The notes under the pieces: model-generated | What the model was told of the DNA's origin: nothing | The model's database searches: none | The model's input: only the letters and a program-made list of their open reading frames with translations | In this document: positions 1 to 11,000 of the stretch, piece by piece | How positions within the stretch are numbered: the first letter of the stretch is position 1 | Layout: each line of letters opens with the position of its first letter | From: the human T2T-CHM13v2.0 reference genome, Homo sapiens | Direction: 5' to 3' (one strand) | Assembly: GCF_009914755.1 (NCBI RefSeq) | Contig: NC_060943.1 | DNA: 64,000 bases | Translations under genes and position numbers: made by a program

Positions 1-122
1 CACAGAAAATGCTTTGTGATGTGTGCATTCAAATCACGGAGTTGAATCTTTCTTTTGTCAGAGCAGTTTTGAAACACTGTTTCTGTGGAATCTGCCAGCG
101 GACACTTGGAGCGCTTTGAGGG

Positions 123-139
123 CTATGGTGGAGAAGGAA
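123..139 (-). promoter_or_regulatory. pJalpha (A-box)-like site of an A-type monomer, one mismatch
   Basis: ctatggtggagaaggaa versus CTAYGGTGRAAAAGGAA (reverse complement of TTCCTTTTYCACCRTAG). Other A-type sites lie at about 634, 1145, 1487, 1658, 1825 and 2166. Confidence 0.75.
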
Positions 140-291
140 ATATCTTCCCATAAAAACTAGAAAGAAGCATTCTCAGAAACATTTATGTGAAGCGTGCATT
201 CAACTCACAGAGTTGAACCTTCCTTTGGATACAACAGTTTTGAAACACTCTTTTGAACAATTGCAGGTGAATCTTTGGAGCGCTTTGAAGC

Positions 292-308
292 CTTTGTTGG
301 AAATGGGA
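292..308 (+). promoter_or_regulatory. Degenerate CENP-B box (B monomer), both CpGs changed to TpG; repeated in every HOR
   Basis: ctttgttggaaatggga versus canonical YTTCGTTGGAARCGGGA. Confidence 0.85.
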
Positions 309-462
309 ATATCTTCACACACAAACTAGCCAGAAGCATTCTCAGAAACTTCTTTGTGATGTGTGCGTTGAACCCAGAGAGATGAACCTTTCCTTGGATA
401 GAGCAGTTTTGAAACGTGTTTTTGTAAGATCTGCAAGCGGATAATTGGCTTCGCTTTGTGTC

Positions 463-479
463 CTTTGGTGGAAACGGGA
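463..479 (+). promoter_or_regulatory. Degenerate CENP-B box, TTCG changed to TTTG
   Basis: ctttggtggaaacggga; 8 of 9 core bases of NTTCGNNNNANNCGGGN. Confidence 0.85.
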
Positions 480-804
480 ATATCTTCTAATAAAAACTAG
501 ACAGAAATATTCTCACAATCTCCTTTGTGATGTGGGCATTCAACTAACACAGTTGAACATTTCTTTTCACAGAGCAGTTTTGAAACACTCTTTTGGTAGA
601 ATCTGCCAGTGGATATTTGGAGCGCTTTGAGGGCTGTTGTGCCAATGGAAATATCTGCCCCTAAAATCTAGACAGAAGCATTCTCAGAAACTACTTCGTG
701 ATGTTTGCATTCAACTCACAGAGTTGAACATACCTCTTCACAGAGCAGTTTTGAAAACCTCTTTTTGTAGAATCTGCAAGTGGATATTCGGAGCACTTTG
801 AGGC

Positions 805-821
805 CTTCATAGGAAACAGTA
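805..821 (+). promoter_or_regulatory. Degenerate CENP-B box, both CpGs changed to CpA
   Basis: cttcataggaaacagta. Confidence 0.8.
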
Positions 822-974
822 ATATCTTCGCATAAAAACTAGATAGAAGCATTGTCAGGAAGTTCTTTGTGATGTGTGAATTCAACTCACAGAGTTGAAC
901 CTTCCTTTAATAGAGCAGTTTTGAAACACTCTTTTTCTAGAATCTGCAAGTAGATATTTGGAGCGCTTGGAGGC

Positions 975-991
975 CTTCTTTGGAAACCGGA
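975..991 (+). promoter_or_regulatory. Degenerate, polymorphic CENP-B box (CGGG changed to CCGG)
   Basis: cttctttggaaaccgga in HOR1; the best allele cttcgttggaaaccgga (for example 12045-12061) is 16/17 to canonical but mismatched in the CGGG core. Confidence 0.85.
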
Positions 992-1315
992 ATATCTTCA
1001 AAGGAAATGAAGATAGAGGCATTCTCAGAAACTTTTTTGTGATATGTAGATTCAACTCACAGCGTTGAACCTTTCTTTGGATGGAGCAGTTTTGAAAAAC
1101 TCTTTTATTGAATCTGCAGGTAGACATTTGGGGTGCTTTGAGGGCTGTGGTGCAAAAGGAAATGTCTTCCCATAGAAACTAGACTGAAGCATTCTCAGCA
1201 ACTTCTTTGTGACGTTTGCATTCATCTCACAGTGTTGAACATACCTTTCCATAGAGTAGTTTTGAAACACTGTTTGTGTAGAATCGGCAAGTGGATATTT
1301 GGACTGCTTTGAGGC

Positions 1316-1332
1316 CTTCATCGGAAACGGGA
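1316..1332 (+). promoter_or_regulatory. Degenerate CENP-B box, TTCG changed to TTCA
   Basis: cttcatcggaaacggga; 8 of 9 core bases. HOR25-27 additionally lose the core A (catcgggaac). Confidence 0.85.
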
Positions 1333-1657
1333 ATATCTTCACATAAACACTAGAGAGAAGCATTCTCAGAAACTTCTTTGTGATCTGTCCATTCAACTCA
1401 CAGAGTTGAACCTTCCTTTTTATGGAGCAGTTTTGAATCACTGTTTTTGGAGAATCTGCAAGTGGATATTTGGAGCGCTTTGAGGCCTATGGTAGAAAAA
1501 GAAATATCTGCCTCTAAAAACCAGACAGAAGCATTCCGAGAAACTTCTCTGTGATGTTTGCATTCAACTAGCAGAGTTGAACCTTCCTTTTGATAGGGCA
1601 GTTTGGAAACACTCTTTTTGTAGAATCTGCATGTGGATATCTGGAGCGGTTTGAGGC

Positions 1658-1674
1658 CTACGGTCAAAAAGGAA
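1658..1674 (-). promoter_or_regulatory. pJalpha (A-box)-like site, one mismatch
   Basis: ctacggtcaaaaaggaa versus CTAYGGTGRAAAAGGAA. Confidence 0.7.
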
Positions 1675-1994
1675 ATATCTTCCTGGGATAAATAGACGAA
1701 AGCATTCTCAGAAACTGCTTTGTGATATGTGCATTCGACTCACCGAGTTGAAACTTTTTTTTGATAGAGCAGTTTTGAAACACTCTGTAGAATCTGAAAG
1801 TGGATATTTGGAGCTCTTTGAGGGCTATGGCGGCAAAGAAACTATATTCACATTAAAGTAGACAGCAGCATTCTCAGAAACTTCTTTAGGATGTTTGCAG
1901 TAAACTCACAGAGTTGAACATACCTTTCCGTAGAGCAGTTTTGAAACACTCTGTTTGTGGGATCCGCAAGGGGATATTTGGACCGCTTTGAGAC

Positions 1995-2011
1995 CTTTGC
2001 TGGAAATGGGA
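1995..2011 (+). promoter_or_regulatory. Degenerate CENP-B box, both CpGs changed to TpG
   Basis: ctttgctggaaatggga. Confidence 0.8.
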
Positions 2012-5000
2012 ATATCTTCACATATAAACTAGACAGAAGCATTCTCAGAAACTTCTTCGTGATGTGTGCATTCTACTCCCAAATTTGAATCTTCCTTTTC
2101 ATGAAGCAGTTTTGAAACACTCTGTTTGTGCAATCCACAATTGGATAATTGGAACGCTTTGATGCCCATGGTAGAAAAGGAAATATCCTCATATAAAAAC
2201 TAGACAGAAGGATTCACAGAAAATGCTTTGTGATGTGTGCATTCAAATCACGGAGTTGAATCTTTCTTTTGTCAGAGCAGTTTTGAAACACTGTTTCTGT
2301 GGAATCTGCCAGCGGACACTTGGAGCGCTTTGAGGGCTATGGTGGAGAAGGAAATATCTTCCCATAAAAACTAGAAAGAAGCATTCTCAGAAACATTTAT
2401 GTGAAGCGTGCATTCAACTCACAGAGTTGAACCTTCCTTTTGATACAACAGTTTTGAAACACTCTTTTGAACAATTGCAGGTGAATCTTTGGAGCGCTTT
2501 GAAGCCTTTGTTGGAAATGGGAATATCTTCACACACAAACTAGCCAGAAGCATTCTCAGAAACTTCTTTGTGATGTGTGCGTTGAACCCAGAGAGATGAA
2601 CCTTTCCTTGGATAGAGCAGTTTTGAAACGTGTTTTTGTAAGATCTGCAAGCGGATAATTGGCTTCGCTTTGTGTCCTTTGGTGGAAACGGGAATATCTT
2701 CTAATAAAAACTAGACAGAAATATTCTCAGAATCTCCTTTGTGATGTGGGCATTCAACTAACACAGTTGAACATTTCTTTTCACAGAGCAGTTTTGAAAC
2801 ACTCTTTTGGTAGAATCTGCCAGTGGATATTTGGAGCGCTTTGAGGGCTGTTGTGCCAATGGAAATATCTGCCCCTAAAATCTAGACAGAAGCATTCTCA
2901 GAAACTACTTCGTGATGTTTGCATTCAACTCACAGAGTTGAACATACCTCTTCACAGAGCAGTTTTGAAAACCTCTTTTTGTAGAATCTGCAAGTGGATA
3001 TTCGGAGCACTTTGAGGCCTTCATAGGAAACAGTAATATCTTCGCATAAAAACTAGATAGAAGCATTGTCAGGAAGTTCTTTGTGATGTGTGAATTCAAC
3101 TCACAGAGTTGAAACTTCCTTTAATAGAGCAGTGTTGAAACACTCTTTTTCTAGAATCTGCAAGTAGATATTTGGAGCGCTTGGAGGCCTTCGTTGTAAA
3201 CCGGAATATCTTCACAGGAAATGTAGATAGAGGCATTCTCAGAAACTTTTTTGTGATATGTAGATTCAACTCACAGCGTTGAACCTTTCTTTGGATGGAG
3301 CAGTTTTGAAAAACTCTTTTATCGAATCTGCAGGTAGACATTTGGGGTGCTTTGAGGGCTGTGGTGCAAAAGGAAATGTCTTCCCATAGAAACTAGACTG
3401 AAGCATTCTCAGCAACTTCTTGGTGACGTTTGCATTCATCTCACAGTGTTGAACATACCTTTCCATAGAGTAGTTTTGAAACACTGTTTGTGTAGAATCG
3501 GTAAGTGGATATTTGGACTGCTTTGAGGCCTTCATCGGAAACGGGAATATCTTCACATAAACACTAGAGAGAAGCATTCTCAGAAACTTCTTTGTGATCT
3601 GTCCATTCAACTCACAGAGTTGAACCTTCCTTTTTATGGAGCAGTTTTGAATCACTGTTTTTGGAGAATCTGCAAGTGGATATTTGGAGCGCTTTGAGGC
3701 CTATGGTAGAAAAAGAAATATCTGCCTCTAAAAACCAGACAGAAGCATTCCGAGAAACTTCTCTGTGATGTTTGCATTCAAGTAGCAGAGTTGAACCTTC
3801 CTTTTGATAGGGTAGTTTGGAAACACTCTTTTTGTAGAATCTGCATGTGGATATCTGGAGCGGTTTGAGGCCTACGGTCAAAAAGGAAATATCTTCCTGG
3901 GAAAAATAGACGAAAGCATTCTCAGAAACTGCTTTGTGATATGTGCATTCGACTGACCGAGTTGAAACTTTTTTTTGATAGAGCAGTTTTGAAACACTCT
4001 GTAGAATCTGAAAGTGGATATTTGGAGCTCTTTGAGGGCTATGGCGGCAAAGAAACTATATTCACATTAAAGTAGACAGCAGCATTCTCAGAAACTTCTT
4101 TAGGATGTTTGCAGTAAACTCACAGAGTTGAACATACCTTTCCGTAGAGCAGTTTTGAAACACTCTGTTTGTGGGATCCGCAAGGGGATATTTGGACCGC
4201 TTTGAGACCTTTGCTGGAAATGGGAATATCTTCACATATAAACTAGACAGAAGCATTCTCAGAAACTTCTTCGTGATGTGTGCATTCTACTCCCGAATTT
4301 GAATCTTCCTTTTCATGAAGCAGTTTTGAAACACTCTGTTTGTGCAATCCACAATTGGATAATTGGAACGCTTTGATGCCCATGGTAGAAAAGGAAATAT
4401 CCTCATATAAAAACTAGACAGAAGGATTCACAGAAAATGCTTTGTGATGTGTGCATTCAAATCACGGAGTTGAATCTTTCTTTTGTCAGAGCAGTTTTGA
4501 AACACTGTTTCTGTGGAATCTGCCAGCGGACACTTGGAGCGCTTTGAGGGCTATGGTGGAGAAGGAAATATCTTCCCATAAAAACTAGAAAGAAGCATTC
4601 TCAGAAACATTTATGTGAAGCGTGCATTCAACTCACAGAGTTGAACCTTCCTTTGGATACAACAGTTTTGAAACACTCTTTTGAACAATTGCAGGTGAAT
4701 CTTTGGAGCGCTTTGAAGCCTTTGTTGGAAATGGGAATATCTTCACACACAAACTAGCCAGAAGCATTCTCAGAAACTTCTTTGTGATGTGTGCGTTGAA
4801 CCCAGAGAGATGAACCTTTCCCTGGATAGAGCAGTTTTGAAACGTGTTTTTGTAAGATCTGCAAGCGGATAATTGGCTTCGCTTTGTGTCCTTTGGTGGA
4901 AACGGGAATATCTTCTAATAAAAACTAGACAGAAATATTCTCACAATCTCCTTTGTGATGTGGGCATTCAACTAACACAGTTGAACATTTCTTTTCACAG

Positions 5001-8000
5001 AGCAGTTTTGAAACACTCTTTTGGTAGAATCTGCCAGTGGATATTTGGAGCGCTTTGAGGGCTGTTGTGCCAATGGAAATATCTGCCCCTAAAATCTAGA
5101 CAGAAGCATTCTCAGAAACTACTTCGTGATGTTTGCATTCAACTCACAGAGTTGAACATACCTCTTCACAGAGCAGTTTTGAAAACCTCTTTTTGTAGAA
5201 TCTGCAAGTGGATATTCGGAGCACTTTGAGGCCTTCATAGGAAACAGTAATATCTTCGCATAAAAACTAGATAGAAGCATTGTCAGGAAGTTCTTTGTGA
5301 TGTGTGAATTCAACTCACAGAGTTGAACCTTCCTTTAATAGAGCAGTTTTGAAACACTCTTTTTCTAGAATCTGCAAGTAGATATTTGGAGCGCTTGGAG
5401 GCCTTCTTTGGAAACCGGAATATCTTCAAAGGAAATGTAGATAGAGGCATTCTCAGAAACTTTTTTGTGATATGTAGATTCAACTCACAGCGTTGAACCT
5501 TTCTTTGGATGGAGCAGTTTTGAAAAACTCTTTTATCGAATCTGCAGGTAGACATTTGGGGTGCTTTGAGGGCTGTGGTGCAAAAGGAAATGTCTTCCCA
5601 TAGAAACTAGACTGAAGCATTCTCAGCAACTTCTTTGTGACGTTTGCATTCATCTCACAGTGTTGAACATACCTTTCCATAGAGTAGTTTTGAAACACTG
5701 TTTGTGTAGAATCGGCAAGTGGATATTTGGACTGCTTTGAGGCCTTCATCGGAAACGGGAATATCTTCACATAAACACTAGAGAGAAGCATTCTCAGAAA
5801 CTTCTTTGTGATCTGTCCATTCAACTCACAGAGTTGAACCTTCCTTTTTATGGAGCAGTTTTGAATCACTGTTTTTGGAGAATCTGCAAGTGGATATTTG
5901 GAGCGCTTTGAGGCCTATGGTAGAAAAAGAAATATCTGCCTCTAAAAACCAGACAGAAGCATTCCGAGAAACTTCTCTGTGATGTTTGCCTTCAACTAGC
6001 AGAGTTGAACCTTCCTTTTGATAGGGCAGTTTGGAAACACTCTTTTTGTAGAATCTGCATGTGGATATCTGGAGCGGTTTGAGGCCTACGGTCAAAAAGG
6101 AAATATCTTCCTGGGATAAATAGACGAAAGCATTCTCAGAAACTGCTTTGTGATATGTGCATTCGACTCACCGAGTTGAAACTTTTTTTTGATAGAGCAG
6201 TTTTGAAACACTCTGTAGAATCTGAAAGTGGATATTTGGAGCTCTTTGAGGGCTATGGCGGCAAAGAAACTATATTCACATTAAAGTAGACAGCAGCATT
6301 CTCAGAAACCTCTTTAGGATGTTTGCAGTAAACTCACAGAGTTGAACATACCTTTCCGTAGAGCAGTTTTGAAACACTCTGTTTGTGGGATCCGCAAGGG
6401 GATATTTGGACCGCTTTGAGACCTTTGCTGGAAATGGGAATATCTTCACATATAAACTAGACAGAAGCATTCTCAGAAACTTCTTCGTGATGTGTGCATT
6501 CTACTCCCAAATTTGAATCTTCCTTTTCATGAAGCAGTTTTGAAACACTCTGTTTGTGCAATCCACAATTGGATAATTGGAACGCTTTGATGCCCATGGT
6601 AGAAAAGGAAATATCCTCATATAAAAACTAGACAGAAGGATTCACAGAAAATGCTTTGTGATGTGTGCATTCAAATCACGGAGTTGAATCTTTCTTTTGT
6701 CAGAGCAGTTTTGAAACACTGTTTCTGTGGAATCTGCCAGCGGACACTTGGAGCGCTTTGAGGGCTATGGTGGAGAAGGAAATATCTTCCCATAAAAACT
6801 AGAAAGAAGCATTCTCAGAAACATTTATGTGAAGCGTGCATTCAACTCACAGAGTTGAACCTTCCTTTGGATACAACAGTTTTGAAACACTCTTTTGAAC
6901 AATTGCAGGTGAATCTTTGGAGCGCTTTGAAGCCTTTGTTGGAAATGGGAATATCTTCACACACAAACTAGCCAGAAGCATTCTCAGAAACTTCTTTGTG
7001 ATGTGTGCGTTGAACCCAGAGAGATGAACCTTTCCTTGGATAGAGCAGTTTTGAAACGTGTTTTTGTAAGATCTGCAAGCGGATAATTGGCTTCGCTTTG
7101 TGTCCTTTGGTGGAAACGGGAATATCTTCTAATAAAAACTAGACAGAAATATTCTCAGAATCTCCTTTGTGATGTGGGCATTCAACTAACACAGTTGAAC
7201 ATTTCTTTTCACAGAGCAGTTTTGAAACACTCTTTTGGTAGAATCTGCCAGTGGATATTTGGAGCGCTTTGAGGGCTGTTGTGCCAATGGAAATATCTGC
7301 CCCTAAAATCTAGACAGAAGCATTCTCAGAAACTACTTCGTGATGTTTGCATTCAACTCACAGAGTTGAACATACCTCTTCACAGAGCAGTTTTGAAAAC
7401 CTCTTTTTGTAGAATCTGCAAGTGGATATTCGGAGCACTTTGAGGCCTTCATAGGAAACAGTAATATCTTCGCATAAAAACTAGATAGAAGCATTGTCAG
7501 GAAGTTCTTTGTGATGTGTGAATTCAACTCACAGAGTTGAAACTTCCTTTAATAGAGCAGTGTTGAAACACTCTTTTTCTAGAATCTGCAAGTAGATATT
7601 TGGAGCGCTTGGAGGCCTTCGTTGTAAACCGGAATATCTTCACAGGAAATGTAGATAGAGGCATTCTCAGAAACTTTTTTGTGATATGTAGATTCAACTC
7701 ACAGCGTTGAACCTTTCTTTGGATGGAGCAGTTTTGAAAAACTCTTTTATCGAATCTGCAGGTAGACATTTGGGGTGCTTTGAGGGCTGTGGTGCAAAAG
7801 GAAATGTCTTCCCATAGAAACTAGACTGAAGCATTCTCAGCAACTTCTTGGTGACGTTTGCATTCATCTCACAGTGTTGAACATACCTTTCCATAGAGTA
7901 GTTTTGAAACACTGTTTGTGTAGAATCGGTAAGTGGATATTTGGACTGCTTTGAGGCCTTCATCGGAAACGGGAATATCTTCACATAAACACTAGAGAGA

Positions 8001-11000
8001 AGCATTCTCAGAAACTTCTTTGTGATCTGTCCATTCAACTCACAGAGTTGAACCTTCCTTTTTATGGAGCAGTTTTGAATCACTGTTTTTGGAGAATCTG
8101 CAAGTGGATATTTGGAGCGCTTTGAGGCCTATGGTAGAAAAAGAAATATCTGCCTCTAAAAACCAGACAGAAGCATTCCGAGAAACTTCTCTGTGATGTT
8201 TGCATTCAAGTAGCAGAGTTGAACCTTCCTTTTGATAGGGTAGTTTGGAAACACTCTTTTTGTAGAATCTGCATGTGGATATCTGGAGCGGTTTGAGGCC
8301 TACGGTCAAAAAGGAAATATCTTCCTGGGAAAAATAGACGAAAGCATTCTCAGAAACTGCTTTGTGATATGTGCATTCGACTCACCGAGTTGAAACTTTT
8401 TTTTGATAGAGCAGTTTTGAAACACTCTGTAGAATCTGAAAGTGGATATTTGGAGCTCTTTGAGGGCTATGGCGGAAAAGAAACTATATTCACATTAAAG
8501 TAGACAGCAGCATTCTCAGAAACTTCTTTAGGATGTTTGCAGTAAACTCACAGAGTTGAACATACCTTTCCGTAGAGCAGTTTTGAAACACTCTGTTTGT
8601 GGGATCCGCAAGGGGATATTTGGACCGCTTTGAGACCTTTGCTGGAAATGGGAATATCTTCACATATAAACTAGACAGAAGCATTCTCAGAAACTTCTTC
8701 GTGATGTGTGCATTCTACTCCCAAATTTGAATCTTCCTTTTCATGAAGCAGTTTTGAAACACTCTGTTTGTGCAATCCACAATTGGATAATTGGAACGCT
8801 TTGATGCCCATGGTAGAAAAGGAAATATCCTCATATAAAAACTAGACAGAAGGATTCACAGAAAATGCTTTGTGATGTGTGCATTCAAATCACGGAGTTG
8901 AATCTTTCTTTTGTCAGAGCAGTTTTGAAACACTGTTTCTGTGGAATCTGCCAGCGGACACTTGGAGCGCTTTGAGGGCTATGGTGGAGAAGGAAATATC
9001 TTCCCATAAAAACTAGAAAGAAGCATTCTCAGAAACATTTATGTGAAGCGTGCATTCAACTCACAGAGTTGAACCTTCCTTTGGATACAACAGTTTTGAA
9101 ACACTCTTTTGAACAATTGCAGGTGAATCTTTGGAGCGCTTTGAAGCCTTTGTTGGAAATGGGAATATCTTCACACACAAACTAGCCAGAAGCATTCTCA
9201 GAAACTTCTTTGTGATGTGTGCGTTGAACCCAGAGAGATGAACCTTTCCTTGGATAGAGCAGTTTTGAAACGTGTTTTTGTAAGATCTGCAAGCGGATAA
9301 TTGGCTTCGCTTTGTGTCCTTTGGTGGAAACGGGAATATCTTCTAATAAAAACTGGACAGAAATATTCTCACAATCTCCTTTGTGATGTGGGCATTCAAC
9401 TAACACAGTTGAACATTTCTTTTCACAGAGCAGTTTTGAAACACTCTTTTGGTAGAATCTGCCAGTGGATATTTGGAGCGCTTTGAGGGCTGTTGTGCCA
9501 ATGGAAATATCTGCCCCTAAAATCTAGACAGAAGCATTCTCAGAAACTACTTCGTGATGTTTGCATTCAACTCACAGAGTTGAACATACCTCTTCACAGA
9601 GCAGTTTTGAAAACCTCTTTTTGTAGAATCTGCAAGTGGATATTCGGAGCACTTTGAGGCCTTCATAGGAAACAGTAATATCTTCGCATAAAAACTAGAT
9701 AGAAGCATTGTCAGGAAGTTCTTTGTGATGTGTGAATTCAACTCACAGAGTTGAACCTTCCTTTAATAGAGCAGTTTTGAAACACTCTTTTTCTAGAATC
9801 TGCAAGTAGATATTTGGAGCGCTTGGAGGACTTCGTTGGAAACCGGAATATCTTCACAGGAAATGTAGATAGAGGCATTCTCAGAAACTTTTTTGTGATA
9901 TGTAGATTCAACTCACAGCGTTGAACCTTTCTTTGGATGGAGCAGTTTTGAAAAACTCTTTTATCGAATCTGCAGGTAGACATTTGGGGTGCTTTGAGGG
10001 CTGTGGTGCAAAAGGAAATGTCTTCCCATAGAAACTAGACTGAAGCATTCTCAGCAACTTCTTTGTGACGTTTGCATTCATCTCACAGTGTTGAACATAC
10101 CTTTCCATAGAGTAGTTTTGAAACACTGTTTGTGTAGAATCGGCAAGTGGATATTTGGACTGCTTTGAGGCCTTCATCGGAAACGGGAATATCTTCACAT
10201 AAACACTAGAGAGAAGCATTCTCAGAAACTTCTTTGTGATCTGTCCATTCAACTCACAGAGTTGAACCTTCCTTTTTATGGAGCAGTTTTGAATCACTGT
10301 TTTTGGAGAATCTGCAAGTGGATATTTGGAGCGCTTTGAGGCCTATGGTAGAAAAAGAAATATCTGCCTCTAAAAACCAGACAGAAGCATTCCGAGAAAC
10401 TTCTCTGTGATGTTTGCATTCAAGTAGCAGAGTTGAACCTTCCTTTTGATAGGGCAGCTTGGAAACACTCTTTTTGTAGAATCTGCATGTGGATATCTGG
10501 AGCGGTTTGAGGCCTACGGTCAAAAAGGAAATATCTTCCTGGGAAAAATAGACGAAAGCATTCTCAGAAAGTGCTTTGTGATATGTGCATTCGACTCACC
10601 GAGTTGAAATTTTTTTTTGATAGAGCAGTTTTGAAACACTCTGTAGAATCTGAAAGTGGATATTTGGAGCTCTTTGAGGGCTATGGCGGCAAAGAAACTA
10701 TATTCACATTAAAGTAGACAGCAGCATTCTCAGAAACCTCTTTAGGATGTTTGCAGTAAACTCACAGAGTTGAACATACCTTTCCGTAGAGCAGTTTTGA
10801 AACACTCTGTTTGTGGGATCCGCAAGGGGATATTTGGACCGCTTTGAGACCTTTGCTGGAAATGGGAATATCTTCACATATAAACTAGACAGAAGCATTC
10901 TCAGAAACTTCTTCGTGATGTGTGCATTCTACTCCCAAATTTGAATCTTCCTTTTCATGAAGCAGTTTTGAAACACTCTGTTTGTGCAATCCACAATTGG

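Larger units (their letters stand above)
168..2381 (+). repeat. One complete HOR unit of 13 monomers (representative)
   Basis: Monomer starts (cattc or equivalent) at 168, 337, 508, 679, 850, 1020, 1190, 1361, 1532, 1703, 1869, 2040, 2211, next at 2382. Lengths 169,171,171,171,170,170,171,171,171,166,171,171,171 sum to 2214. Confidence 0.96.

Noticed and set aside
710-729. Imperfect dyad ttcaactcacagagttgaa as a terminator or ncRNA hairpin
   Set aside because: It is an intrinsic inverted repeat of the alphoid consensus present in most monomers. It may form non-B DNA, but it is not specific to this window and there is no transcript evidence.
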